A stretch of 64,000 bases of DNA, from the NCBI GenBank assembly GCA_014729345.1, contig WJKB01000056.1, forward strand, positions 71 to 64,070, in the 5' to 3' direction. This document shows, piece by piece, positions 28,706 through 39,100 of the stretch. This DNA is from Candidatus Woesearchaeota archaeon (lineage in GTDB: Archaea > Nanobdellota > Nanobdellia > Woesearchaeales > WJKB01). Position numbers and translations under genes: made by a program. Below the pieces are notes generated by a model. It did not search any database. It was given only the letters and a program-made list of their open reading frames with translations, and had not been told where the DNA came from. Within the stretch, counting starts at the first letter, position 1. Each line of letters opens with the position of its first letter.

Positions 28706-29203
28706 TTATCCATAAGTAAGCTCTGCCAGCCGCAGGTCATCGATACTGTCAGCAAGCTCTCCAGAGCAGTAATCTGTGCTTGCCAGCACTGTCACCATGT
28801 CTTCTGTTAACCTGTCTTCAGGATAGATGCATGTCATCTCAGCTCCCTGGAATAAGGTCCTCACCTCTTCAGGCTCATCTGGATCCAGCTCTTCTATCCT
28901 CTTGCTGATGGTGCAGTCATCCTGCACCGCAACAACTGCAGTAGTACCTTCGATATTCTCTTCAAGGTATGCAGGCTCGCAGTCAGCATATGCCTGCACT
29001 ATGCATGCCTCATCCCTGCATCTTTTGCCCTGGCCTGCTCCAGGTAGAAGATACAATGCCCCGAATGTCACCAGCAAGCCGACGATCACGACACCAGCCA
29101 CTATACCGAGCCATCTCATGCGTCTTTTTCTTGAAATGATCTTCCTGCTTCCAGGGACGATCGATCTGCCGGTGTTCAAGGATGTAGGTTTCATGTTTGC
29201 CAT
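28706..29203 (-). CDS. small membrane-anchored protein (165 aa), last gene of the giant-protein cluster
   Basis: Basic N-terminus then a single TM helix (WLGIVAGVVIVGLLVTFGALYLL), and a C-terminal domain with 4 Cys. Confidence 0.45.
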   Translation of the reverse strand: MANMKPTSLNTGRSIVPGSRKIISRKRRMRWLGIVAGVVIVGLLVTFGALYLLPGAGQGKRCRDEACIVQAYADCEPAYLEENIEGTTAVVAVQDDCTISKRIEELDPDEPEEVRTLFQGAEMTCIYPEDRLTEDMVTVLASTDYCSGELADSIDDLRLAELTYG

Positions 29204-29382
29204 CTGTCTTCACCCTTTTTTTCTATCATCTTTCAATCATCTACCTCTCAATCATCTACCTCTCAATTCATCTTTCAATCATCTTTCTTCTTTAAATAGT
29301 TTTATCTCAACTCTTCAGTCAGGAACCTGCTTCTGCAGCTCCTCCATCTTCTCCAGAGCCTGCAGTACTGCCTGAAGCGCTT

Positions 29383-32300
29383 TCAGCCGGCTGCAGGACA
29401 AAGCATCACAGCATCTGCGTTTGTCGCGCCGTACGGATGCGCCTGGGATGGGTCTATGACTACCTTCTCCTCTTCCCTGCCGTCGAAATAGAAGGTTCCC
29501 AGGGGCTTCCAGGTAAACCTTGCGCAGTTTGCCTGGCCTGCAGTTACCCTTGTCTTCTGGCCCGCATGATGTATCCAGTAGTTCACGCAGCAGCTGGGCC
29601 TGTTGTAGGTGCCGTCATAGCTTGCGCATACAAGGTACTCACCAGGCTCAAATTCAGCTATCCTTCCGAAAAAGTATGTGGCTCTCTGGTCAGATACTCT
29701 TCCGTATCCTTTTGCCTTGCTTGTGTAATAGTCATGGCCTTCATAGTCAAACCCTCCATCATCCATCCAAGGAGCGCTGCCGTTGATGACTGCAAGGCCT
29801 TCATCAAGCTCATCAATAACATAGCATCCTGTCATAGATGTGCACTGTGCCATCTCCTCTTCCCATCTGGCCTCATCCTCCTCAGACCATTCGCAGTCAG
29901 GAACCACCTCTTCTTTCTCCTTTTCAGCGATGTCCATGACGCAGCATTTCTGGTACCTGTCGCATGAGTATTCTGCTTCAGTAAAAGGCATCTCCTCTGT
30001 GTCCTCGCATTCGTCCAGGCATGTCCCTCCATGCGCTGTGCAATCCTGGAGAAGGACCTCTGACATGAACCTGCCTTCCAGTTCCCCTTTTTTCAGCTTG
30101 TCCTTGATCTCTTCTTCTCCTTGCTCATCCAGATATTGGCTGGCCTCTATCTCCTGTACATATGATTCCCAGTTTATGAGGTTCTGGATCGCAGTCACAG
30201 CGTTTTCAGGAGGAATGAGACCATACTCATAATCATCGATAAACTCCTGTGCAAGCGGAACAGGGACGGATGCGATCTCATTTTCGCTGAAAGGCGCTGC
30301 TGGCGGTGGTCGCGCAGCTTCACCAGGGCCTCCTGTCCTGAGCCTCCACAACAACAGGCCCCCTGTAATCCCTCCAAGCAGCAGGAGCAGCGCAAGCCAG
30401 TTCCTCCTTCTGCCCCTTTCCTGTTCAGCTGCAGGCTCCTGGGCAAGCACAGCTTCCTCTCTGGCCGCTTTCTCTGCTGCCTCATGGGGCATGAGCCTGC
30501 CGTCAGGTCTTGTATACTGTCTTCTTCCGCGTCTGTCAACTTGTCCTATGATGTTCTGGCTCCTCAGGTTGTTGACAGCTTCCCTTCCTCTCTGGACAGC
30601 CTCGTCAGGGGTCAGTGTGTTCCCCTCATTGTCCCTGTAGATGACATCTCCCTGCTGGTCGACCTCAGGAGTGATGCCAAGGGCTTCCCTGTCTGCGATA
30701 AGCTCGTCAGTCTCTTTGCGCGCATCTTCTCTGCTTATCCATATCCCTGGCTCGTCTTCCGCAAGCTTCTGTCTCTGCTGTATCCTTCGGTTCACAAGAT
30801 TATAGGTTATTCCCATCGCTTTCCTGGCGTCTCTTGTCTCCTGCACTTGCCTCTTGACATCATCGTCAGACATGAACCTTCCCTGGGAATCACGCCAGCG
30901 ACCTACACCAGGGTCATATGAATAGCCAAGGTCTTTCCTTATCCTCTGCCTTGTCAGCTCGTCCCTTGCCGCCTCATCAGCCTGCTGCTGGGAAGCGAAC
31001 CTTCCCAGAGGGTCACGCCAGCGGCCGACACCAGGGTCATAAGAGAATCCTGCCTGTTCCAGCGCATTCCTGTATCCTGCTCTTGAGATGTAATCAGCAG
31101 CCTCCTGGTCGATCGCCTCTTTTGAGGCAAACCTTCCCTGGGAATCACGCCAGCGACCTACATTAAGGTCATAACTGTACCCAAGCTGCTGGATTGAGTA
31201 TGAATGGACAAGATCCTGCATCTGCTGTCCTGTGACAAACCTGCCGTCAGGACCGCGGTAGCGCCCATCAGCATCCACAGTTATCCCTGCTTCTGCCCTC
31301 ATGTACTGCATATTCTCTTCAGGCGTCACCAGCTGGTTGATGTCTTCCTCAACCGCAAGGTCCTGCTGTATCAGCGGCTTTCTCAGCTCCCTGACAGGCT
31401 CTGTACTGGCTTCTGCTGCAGGCTCTGCTCCGATGATTGCCTCCTCTTCAGCCAGCCATGGTTCGGCAGCCAGTTCCTCTTCCTGCTCCTGGGCAGTCTC
31501 CAGGCTTTCAAGAGCCTCTTCTCCCTGCCTTATCTGGTCCATATATATGGTATGTACATCATCTATAGGTCCTGTCTGCAGTTTGTAGTACCTCTGCGCC
31601 GTGGTCCATGCTCTCTGCCTGAGCCTTTCTGTTTCCTGGCTGGATCTGACATATCTTTCTCTAAGCCCTTGCAGTTCCTGCTCCAGCTCGCGCAGCTCTC
31701 CTCTTGCTGAATTGACCAGCTCCATGTTTTCCCTTTCCTGTTGGGTTCCGAAAGGCATGGCTATGACATCCCCTTTCAGCTGCAGGGCCCTCTGCTCTGC
31801 ATCCCTTATCCACTCGTTTTCTATGCCTATGTCCTTGTCCACATCTGCAGTACCAGGGTGCTCCTGCACAGCTTTCACTGCCAGCGCAAACATCCATTTT
31901 TGGGACTGGTCAGAAAGATCCAGCTCCTGGACAGAAGCCTCGCCTCCCTCCACTGACACCTTTTTTACGCGATAGGTACCTTCTGACCTGTAGACCTCAT
32001 AATAGTCGCCGCTTACGATGCTGCCGTCATCACCCCATACAAGGGGATTATCATCAAAGAACTTTTGAAGGTGTATCTCTACTGCAAAGGCTCCGTCAGA
32101 AAGCCTGTGTATGGTCACCTGCTGCATAGTCTCAAGTGTCTCTCCCAGCTGTCCTTTCCTGAAACCTATGAACTGCTTCACAAGCTCCTCTGCGTTCCCT
32201 GGCTTCTCGGCAGTGTAGGGTTCTGTTGCAGCTGCAACAGCCTGTTCAAGCCTTGACTCTGCAGCTGCAAGAGCCTGTTCAGCCTGTGCAATGTCTGCCG

Positions 32301-33024
32301 ATATCGTGTCCAGCGCTTCCTGCGCCTGGTTTAGGGTTAGCCTGGCCTGTTCTGCGCTCAGCCGAGCATCATCTATCTTTTCTGCATCTGTCCTCTGCCT
32401 GGCTGCTCGCAGGTCCTGCAGCACTTCCTGCAGTGACATCCCCTGCTCTTCCAGGGTCTTTTCCATGATCCTTTCGACATACTGAAACTCTTGCTCTCTC
32501 AACTTCAGGTATGCATCGTAAAGCTCCTGATCATCAACAGCTGCCAGGTAATCATCTACTAATCCCTGGCTGTTCAGCTCCACGTACTTCTGGCTGAACA
32601 CACTTCTGATGTTATCCCTGATATTCTGCTCCATCACTGCAATGGCCTCAGCATCGCTCCGGCCTTTCATATTTAGCCACTCTTCATAAGCTCCTTCTGC
32701 GCTTCCAAGAGAATAGGCATAATCCAGCTGGAGAAGTTCTGGAGCATATCTGAACTTCTGTCCTGTATCCTGCCTAAAGGCATATCCGAGGCTGTCGACG
32801 CCTGCAGCATCATAGTCTCCTGAAAGGATATCAGCCCTGATATTCTGCTGCTGCTCTTGTGAAAGATCTTCGAAATGTCTGTTATGGCGCTGCAGAGAAA
32901 GCGCCTCTGCCTGCCAGCCCTCAAAGCCCGTAGGGCAGTTTGCCTGAGCAAAACAGAAAGGAAGCATGACAGTAAGGACTATCATGAAGGTTGCCATGGT
33001 CTTGAGGTTTTTTGTGTGTCTCAT
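29383..33024 (-). CDS. large secreted/membrane protein (1213 aa) with three tandem about 42-aa repeats and Cys-rich C-terminal domain
   Basis: N-terminal signal peptide ending FAQA. Three repeats centred on GYSYDPGVGRWRDSQGRF, with DNA repeat period about 130 bp at 30880-31200. An internal TM helix reads WLALLLLLGGITGGLLLW. The C-terminal about 330 aa contain at least 19 Cys. Confidence 0.7.
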   Translation of the reverse strand: MRHTKNLKTMATFMIVLTVMLPFCFAQANCPTGFEGWQAEALSLQRHNRHFEDLSQEQQQNIRADILSGDYDAAGVDSLGYAFRQDTGQKFRYAPELLQLDYAYSLGSAEGAYEEWLNMKGRSDAEAIAVMEQNIRDNIRSVFSQKYVELNSQGLVDDYLAAVDDQELYDAYLKLREQEFQYVERIMEKTLEEQGMSLQEVLQDLRAARQRTDAEKIDDARLSAEQARLTLNQAQEALDTISADIAQAEQALAAAESRLEQAVAAATEPYTAEKPGNAEELVKQFIGFRKGQLGETLETMQQVTIHRLSDGAFAVEIHLQKFFDDNPLVWGDDGSIVSGDYYEVYRSEGTYRVKKVSVEGGEASVQELDLSDQSQKWMFALAVKAVQEHPGTADVDKDIGIENEWIRDAEQRALQLKGDVIAMPFGTQQERENMELVNSARGELRELEQELQGLRERYVRSSQETERLRQRAWTTAQRYYKLQTGPIDDVHTIYMDQIRQGEEALESLETAQEQEEELAAEPWLAEEEAIIGAEPAAEASTEPVRELRKPLIQQDLAVEEDINQLVTPEENMQYMRAEAGITVDADGRYRGPDGRFVTGQQMQDLVHSYSIQQLGYSYDLNVGRWRDSQGRFASKEAIDQEAADYISRAGYRNALEQAGFSYDPGVGRWRDPLGRFASQQQADEAARDELTRQRIRKDLGYSYDPGVGRWRDSQGRFMSDDDVKRQVQETRDARKAMGITYNLVNRRIQQRQKLAEDEPGIWISREDARKETDELIADREALGITPEVDQQGDVIYRDNEGNTLTPDEAVQRGREAVNNLRSQNIIGQVDRRGRRQYTRPDGRLMPHEAAEKAAREEAVLAQEPAAEQERGRRRNWLALLLLLGGITGGLLLWRLRTGGPGEAARPPPAAPFSENEIASVPVPLAQEFIDDYEYGLIPPENAVTAIQNLINWESYVQEIEASQYLDEQGEEEIKDKLKKGELEGRFMSEVLLQDCTAHGGTCLDECEDTEEMPFTEAEYSCDRYQKCCVMDIAEKEKEEVVPDCEWSEEDEARWEEEMAQCTSMTGCYVIDELDEGLAVINGSAPWMDDGGFDYEGHDYYTSKAKGYGRVSDQRATYFFGRIAEFEPGEYLVCASYDGTYNRPSCCVNYWIHHAGQKTRVTAGQANCARFTWKPLGTFYFDGREEEKVVIDPSQAHPYGATNADAVMLCPAAG

Positions 33025-33115
33025 GATATCACCGTCCGTATTTGCATTATCTTCCCATCTTTCCTGGAATCTGCAATATCCTTCTCACTGCGCTTTTTTC
33101 TTTCTGCAGGCGTCA

Positions 33116-36100
33116 TCAGGTACATGCCTCTACCCTGCCTGTAGATTCTGGCATCAGAGCTTCATATTCTGGAATGACCTGCTGCTGTTGTTCAAACAGC
33201 TTGTAATTGTTGTATATTATCTGGGATGCGAAGTCTCTGAGTACAAATGATGCATGTACAAAGTCAACCTCTTCAAAGGAATCATAATAAGCCCTTGTCT
33301 GAGAGATGTCCATCATTGCAGGTTGAACTCCTGGTATCCTCACCATCCGCTCACTTGCCCTTAGTTCCTGTATCACTTTGTCAACATATTCCTGATTTCC
33401 GTCGAAAAGGGCAAGCAGCATTGACTGGAATTCAGGGCTTTCAAGGCCTTTTTCAGTAAGCAGATGCTGGTTGTTATTGTAAGCCATGTAGACCTTGTTC
33501 ATATGGTTGTACAGCCGAGCCACCACATTCTGCGTCATCTCTCTGTCTCTTTCTGCACCCTGGGACTGCACCCTGTATGGCTCTCCAGGATCTGTCTCCC
33601 TCATAAGGGGGTCAACATCCTTGCCGATCCTATATTCAGGCCTGTAAGCGAGTCCTGCCTGGATATGCGACCCGATAAGGGCGCCTGCGTTTGAAAACGC
33701 TGTAATTGTCTGGTAAGCTGGCCCGAACTGTTCTCTTATACTAGAGATATCCTCCAGGCTGGCTGCATAATCAACAACATCAGATCTTTCGCTGGAATCT
33801 ACAAGGAATATCCTGAATGTTACTCCATTTCCAGCTTGATCCAGTCTTGTGAATGCGAAACTTCTTGCAAGTGCTGGATGACCTTTTGCGACAAGGTCTT
33901 CCTCATTCTGCTGTGCTTCTATATCATACCTGTAGTCTGTCATCCCTATACTTGTTGTTGATATCTCCTGATATTCATGCTCAAATCCTATGCCTGTCTT
34001 AAAGGTGTACTCAGGAGCAGATACCCGTGTTTGGCCGTCATAGTAATAACCCTGGAAATTCGGGGTCCCTATGCCTTTCAAACCTATCCTGTAACCGTAC
34101 TGCACCTTATGGGTGGATGGGTCATACTCGATAGCAGACTCGGTAAGATGCTCAAAGAAGATCTCATCCACCTCTCCGGTCTGCTTGTTGACTACAATGG
34201 TAGTGGGCTGTTTGACATGGAACTCTCTTCCTCCCTGCGCAAAGACAGGTATATCATTACCTGTGTATTCAAGTCCGAACAGGACCTCTATCTCATCTTT
34301 GCTAAGATCATTGAAGTTCCTGTCCCAGACATCTCCGGCTATAGGCACAGGCATGCCCACCTCATCAGGATTCCGGTCTTCTCCCTCAGACTTGATCTCT
34401 GCTATTCCATCCTGGTATTCTTCTTCTGTTATCTGTCCTTGTTGTCTCTGCCGGACCAGAGATCTGACTTGCTCAAGCTTTTCCCTGCTTCCCAGCTTTT
34501 CAGAAGCCGTATACAGTCCTGCGACAACAGCAAACTCCTTGTATTGATGGTCTGCGCGAGCTACCCTACTGATCGGAAGTGCTTCAGCCATCTGTTCCCT
34601 AAATTCATCATTTCTCTCAGCTTCTGTCTGTCCAGGGATATTGCCCTGCCTCATATCTTCGACTATTGCCATAGCAGCATCGTATCTTTCCTCAGTCCCT
34701 GCTATCTTCCACAGATGTACCCTGAACTGATCTTCGGTGAGCCTTCCGGCTTCTGCCTGCCTGAACCTTGTGACTGCCGCCAGACCAGGATTTCTTTTGT
34801 TATAGATATCTCTTTTTGAGATTTCTGATTGCTCCATGATTCTTTCTCTTTGCTGTTCATCCAATGCCTGGGCATCCAGGATGTTGTTCAGGTTTTCCCT
34901 GATCCTGGTTTCCATAGACACCTCTGGAACAACAGGTTCTGCCGCAGGCTCTTCCTCCACAGCAGGCTCCTCTGCCTCAACCATTTCCTCTACTTCTGAA
35001 AGCTGTGCAATCAATCCCCTTTCAGTTTCAGCCTGGATCTCCAGTGCATATGCCGCTCTCTGGGCCTGCCTGACAGTCTCTGCTCCATCTGCAGGAGGGG
35101 CCAGCCTGCTGTCTATGTCTGTTACAGCAGTCACAGGTACATCCACCATGTCCTGCAGACCGTTCTTGACTGCCCTTACAAAGGAATCCTGCCTCACATC
35201 GCTTTGATAGCTGTTGATGATGTATACATCGTCCCCTTGCACAAACACCTGAAGATCTGCAACACCTGTAATCTCTGCTGCTCTTCCGGCGATCGCTGCA
35301 GCAGCATCAGCCTCGATCCCAGGCGCGTTCAGGACAGTAACTGAAGGGGAGGATATGGATTCCAGCTGCTGAGACCTGCTCTGGATATTCTGCATGATAT
35401 CCATCGCTGCTTTTGCTGCACTTGAGCCAAGACTAAGCTCGGTCTCCACTGCAAGCTGTTCTCCCTGCTCCTGCCTGATCTCTTCAGCCAAATCCTGTAT
35501 AGCGCTCTCATACTCCTGTAGTGCCTGCTCGTATGCAGCCAGCCTCCTTTCATAAGCTATGCTCCCTTCCTGAGGCATGGTGGGCCTTGTGATACCCCTT
35601 TGCTGTGCCTGCTGCTCTGCAAGCCTCTGGATCTCAGCGGCAACTCCATTTTCAACATCCTGCTGCATTAAAAGGTATATCTCATTAAATGTATCCTGGA
35701 ATTCCCTGCCTGCAAACCTTGTTTCTTCAAGCGCAGAGCGGGTTGTTGCAGCATATTGCGGAAGAGCCTCATCTATGATCCTGTTCTTCTCATGGGTCAG
35801 GCCTCTCTCAACAAACCTTTGGGCTGGATTCAGCCCTACCATCCCCATTATTTCAGCATTATCCACCAGGTCTGCAGCTTCAGGGATCCCCTGCAGACGC
35901 TCATAGAGCAGTGCTGCCCTATGGTTCTTTCCCAGCCCAACCAGGCTGTTGAAGTAGCTCTCTGCTTCCTGAGCTGACATGCCTGCGATCACCTCTGCCT
36001 CCGTGCTAAGAGCAATGATCTCTCCAAAAGGGCTTTCCACAGCCTGGACTGCTGATGCTTTCAGGCCGATGATATCTGTCCTTACCTGCTGCTCCATACC

Positions 36101-39100
36101 CTCAGGCACCTGCTCCTGCACAGCCAGGTATATCTCTTCAGCTGTATTCTCTCTGACCATATCGACTGTAAGCGCGTCCCTTATCCCAGGCATGTCCTGG
36201 AACCTGAGCCCGATCTCCCCTCTGACCTGTTTTTCCAGCGCAAGCTCTTCGACTATGATGCCTTCTCCCAGAAGCTCCCGCACATCTATCCCGATATTTT
36301 CCTGCCTGTACAGGAGGGCTGCAAACTGGTCTGCTACGTCTGAGTCCGCCCTCAGGAGCTGCAGGTACTGTCTTGCTGCTGCCGTTTTCATATCCCTGTC
36401 CATCCCAGGGTCCATAATCGTGTCAAGCAGGGTGCTGAACCTTTCCTCAAGTATAATATCAATCCTTTCAAGAGAAAGTTCCTTGAGCGCAGAATCAGGC
36501 TGCTGGTCTGTCAGTCTCTTCCGCTGCACGAGGTTGTTGGTGATCACAGGCCCGTATTGCAGTTCTATTATCTCTCTTTGCGCATCCAGGGCCTGACCAA
36601 ATCCGGACTCATGGGCGCTGATATATGCTCTTGCCGCCTCATCATTGACCTCTGAAGCCCTGCGCACATCATCATAGTACTGTTCACCAAGCAGTCTCTT
36701 CAAGAATTCTTCACTCCTTTCATTGTTCCTGTTCTGTGCCAGCCTCAGTATTGCGTTCTCCACACTGGACTCGTCTGTATAGTAATACCTCTCCCCTCCA
36801 CTGATAGCTGTGATAGTGTCTACTGCGCTCATCACCTGTATAAGATCCTCTTTTCCTTCCAGTAGCGCAGGCAGCTCTCCAGGAGTCCTTGGATATCCCC
36901 TGTACTCCTGCCCTGGCTCAACACCCATGTGTACATGGTGCGATGCCGCAAGCGCAGCCACAGTGGCCTGGTCCCTCACTTCAGCAGATATGTCTGTCCT
37001 GGAAGCTATCTGTGCATAAATGGCATCTATCCTAGCCTGCACATCCTCATGAACTCCTGTATCAAGCCTGCCCTGTGCATCATACATCTGGACAGTGTTG
37101 CCCTGCTCATCAACATAAAGCGCATCGATCTCTGCTATCAGATCAGCAGGCATATCAGGATTATCCCTGGCCATGAGGTAAAGCAGCGCCCTTTCTGTAT
37201 TTGTGGGATGGACTGTCATGTAATCCTGGAAGAAGTTTTCAGTCATTCCGACTCCTGTGATTCCGCTCTGCTCTATCTGCTCTTCTGTAAGCCCCCTTGC
37301 CCTTAGTTCATCCACAGCTGCAGCCTTTGCATCGCTGCTGAAAATTGTCTCAAGGTTCTGCGCAGGCCATTCGAGCTTGCCAAGGTCATGCACAGCCATG
37401 GCTCTCCTCAGCAGATCCATGTCATCATCTGATAATCCGAGCTGTCCTGCAACCGCAGCTGCAGCCTCAAGATTCCTCATGCTCATAAGAGTATGGACCA
37501 TGGTCGGGGAGGGGTTATGGGTGGCAAGGGCCTCAAGCGCAGCGATCTGGTTCTGGGTTAGGCTGTCTTCAGGCAGCATGTCTCTAAGTTCTCCTGTAAG
37601 CTGCACTCCCCATGCGATCCTCTGGGACTCATATTCTTCATCATATGTTATTCCGTCTACAGTGCTTGGAGCTCCGAAAGCCTCCCTCTCAAGCCTTTCG
37701 ATAGGGATTTCCACCTCACCGATTATCTGCACTTGAAGCGGCCTTGATTCCTGTGCAAGCGCACGTATCTCCTGCATCTGCTGGTCAGCGGCAAGATTGA
37801 CCTGGAAGACCCCCATGCCCGCAGACTCAAACAGCGCCTCTGCATTAATTATCCATGCATCTGTCACTGTCCATACGCCCTCCTGATCCTGCTCAAGATA
37901 TCTTACCTCCCCTGTGTTCACGTTTGAATATCCTGCAAACAGGCTCTCAAGACTTTCCTGCTCTGAAAGCAGCTCCTCCCTGTAAGCTTCTTCTTCAACA
38001 GTCAGGCCCTCAGCTGCTTCCTGCTTATCAAGCATTCCGATCTCATCACCCGCCTCGCTTAGACGGTTTTCTATATTTGTCTCAAGAGCCCTCATCCTTG
38101 CACTCGGCCCTCTCAGTCCGAGCGCTGCCATGGCAAACTCATTTGCAAGCTCTTCTCTTGCATCTTCCATGGTCTCGTCAGCTGTCATCTGAGCAGCATC
38201 CACAGCCATGTCTGTGAGGTCCTGCGTCCTAAGGAGCAGCTGCTCGTGCCTTTCATGCATGAATATGAATGACCTTACCATGATGTCTGGCTGCCCTTGC
38301 AGCTCAGGGAAGGCATCCCTGACAGCGTCGACTGTCTGCGGAGAAGGATCCACAAAGATATCTGACTCTGTCGAAAGTCCTGCAAGTATGTAGGTGCCTG
38401 TAGGTGTCTGGATCTCGAGAGGTGAGGCAGGCGCAGTTATCTCAAAGTCTATCAGGCCCATCTCAGCAAGATTGGAAAGAGGGGTCGCAAGCATGTCTGC
38501 TGTAGGTCCGCCCTGCGAGTAATAGATGTTCTTGAGCCTGTCTGAGTACGCCATCACCCTGTTGACTGAAGGAACTGCTGCAATCTGTCTTGCCATAAGG
38601 AATTTGGCAGCTTCTCCGTACTGTTCTGATTCGATTGCGCTCACAAACGCCCCTATGACCTCGTTCGGATTGCTCCTGGCCAACTCCAGCGCTGTCGATT
38701 CAATGTTCCTTAGAGCGTTGATGTCACCCCCATATGCCTCATAGCCTGCAGCAAGCGCAGCTGCAGCATCATAAGCGTCCTGGCTGCTTTGGGATGCTGT
38801 CTCGAGCAGCTGGGCTGCAGAAGCTCTTGAGACGTCGTCATTCCTGCTCTGCAGCGACCTCACCATCTGTTCGGGAGTGGCAGTATCCCTTGCAGCCTGC
38901 AGCAGCTGCTGGTCCATGAGGTTCTGCACTGCCTGCAGATATATGCTTTCCATGGCAATTGTCTCATCTGTCCTTCCCTGCTGTTCTATCTCCATAAGCC
39001 TCATGAATTCAGCCCTTATCTCTCCTGAACTGATAGCTTCAGCATAAGCTGCAGCAGTTACATCAGGATCCACTCCGTACTCCTGTCCTGCGGTGTAGAC

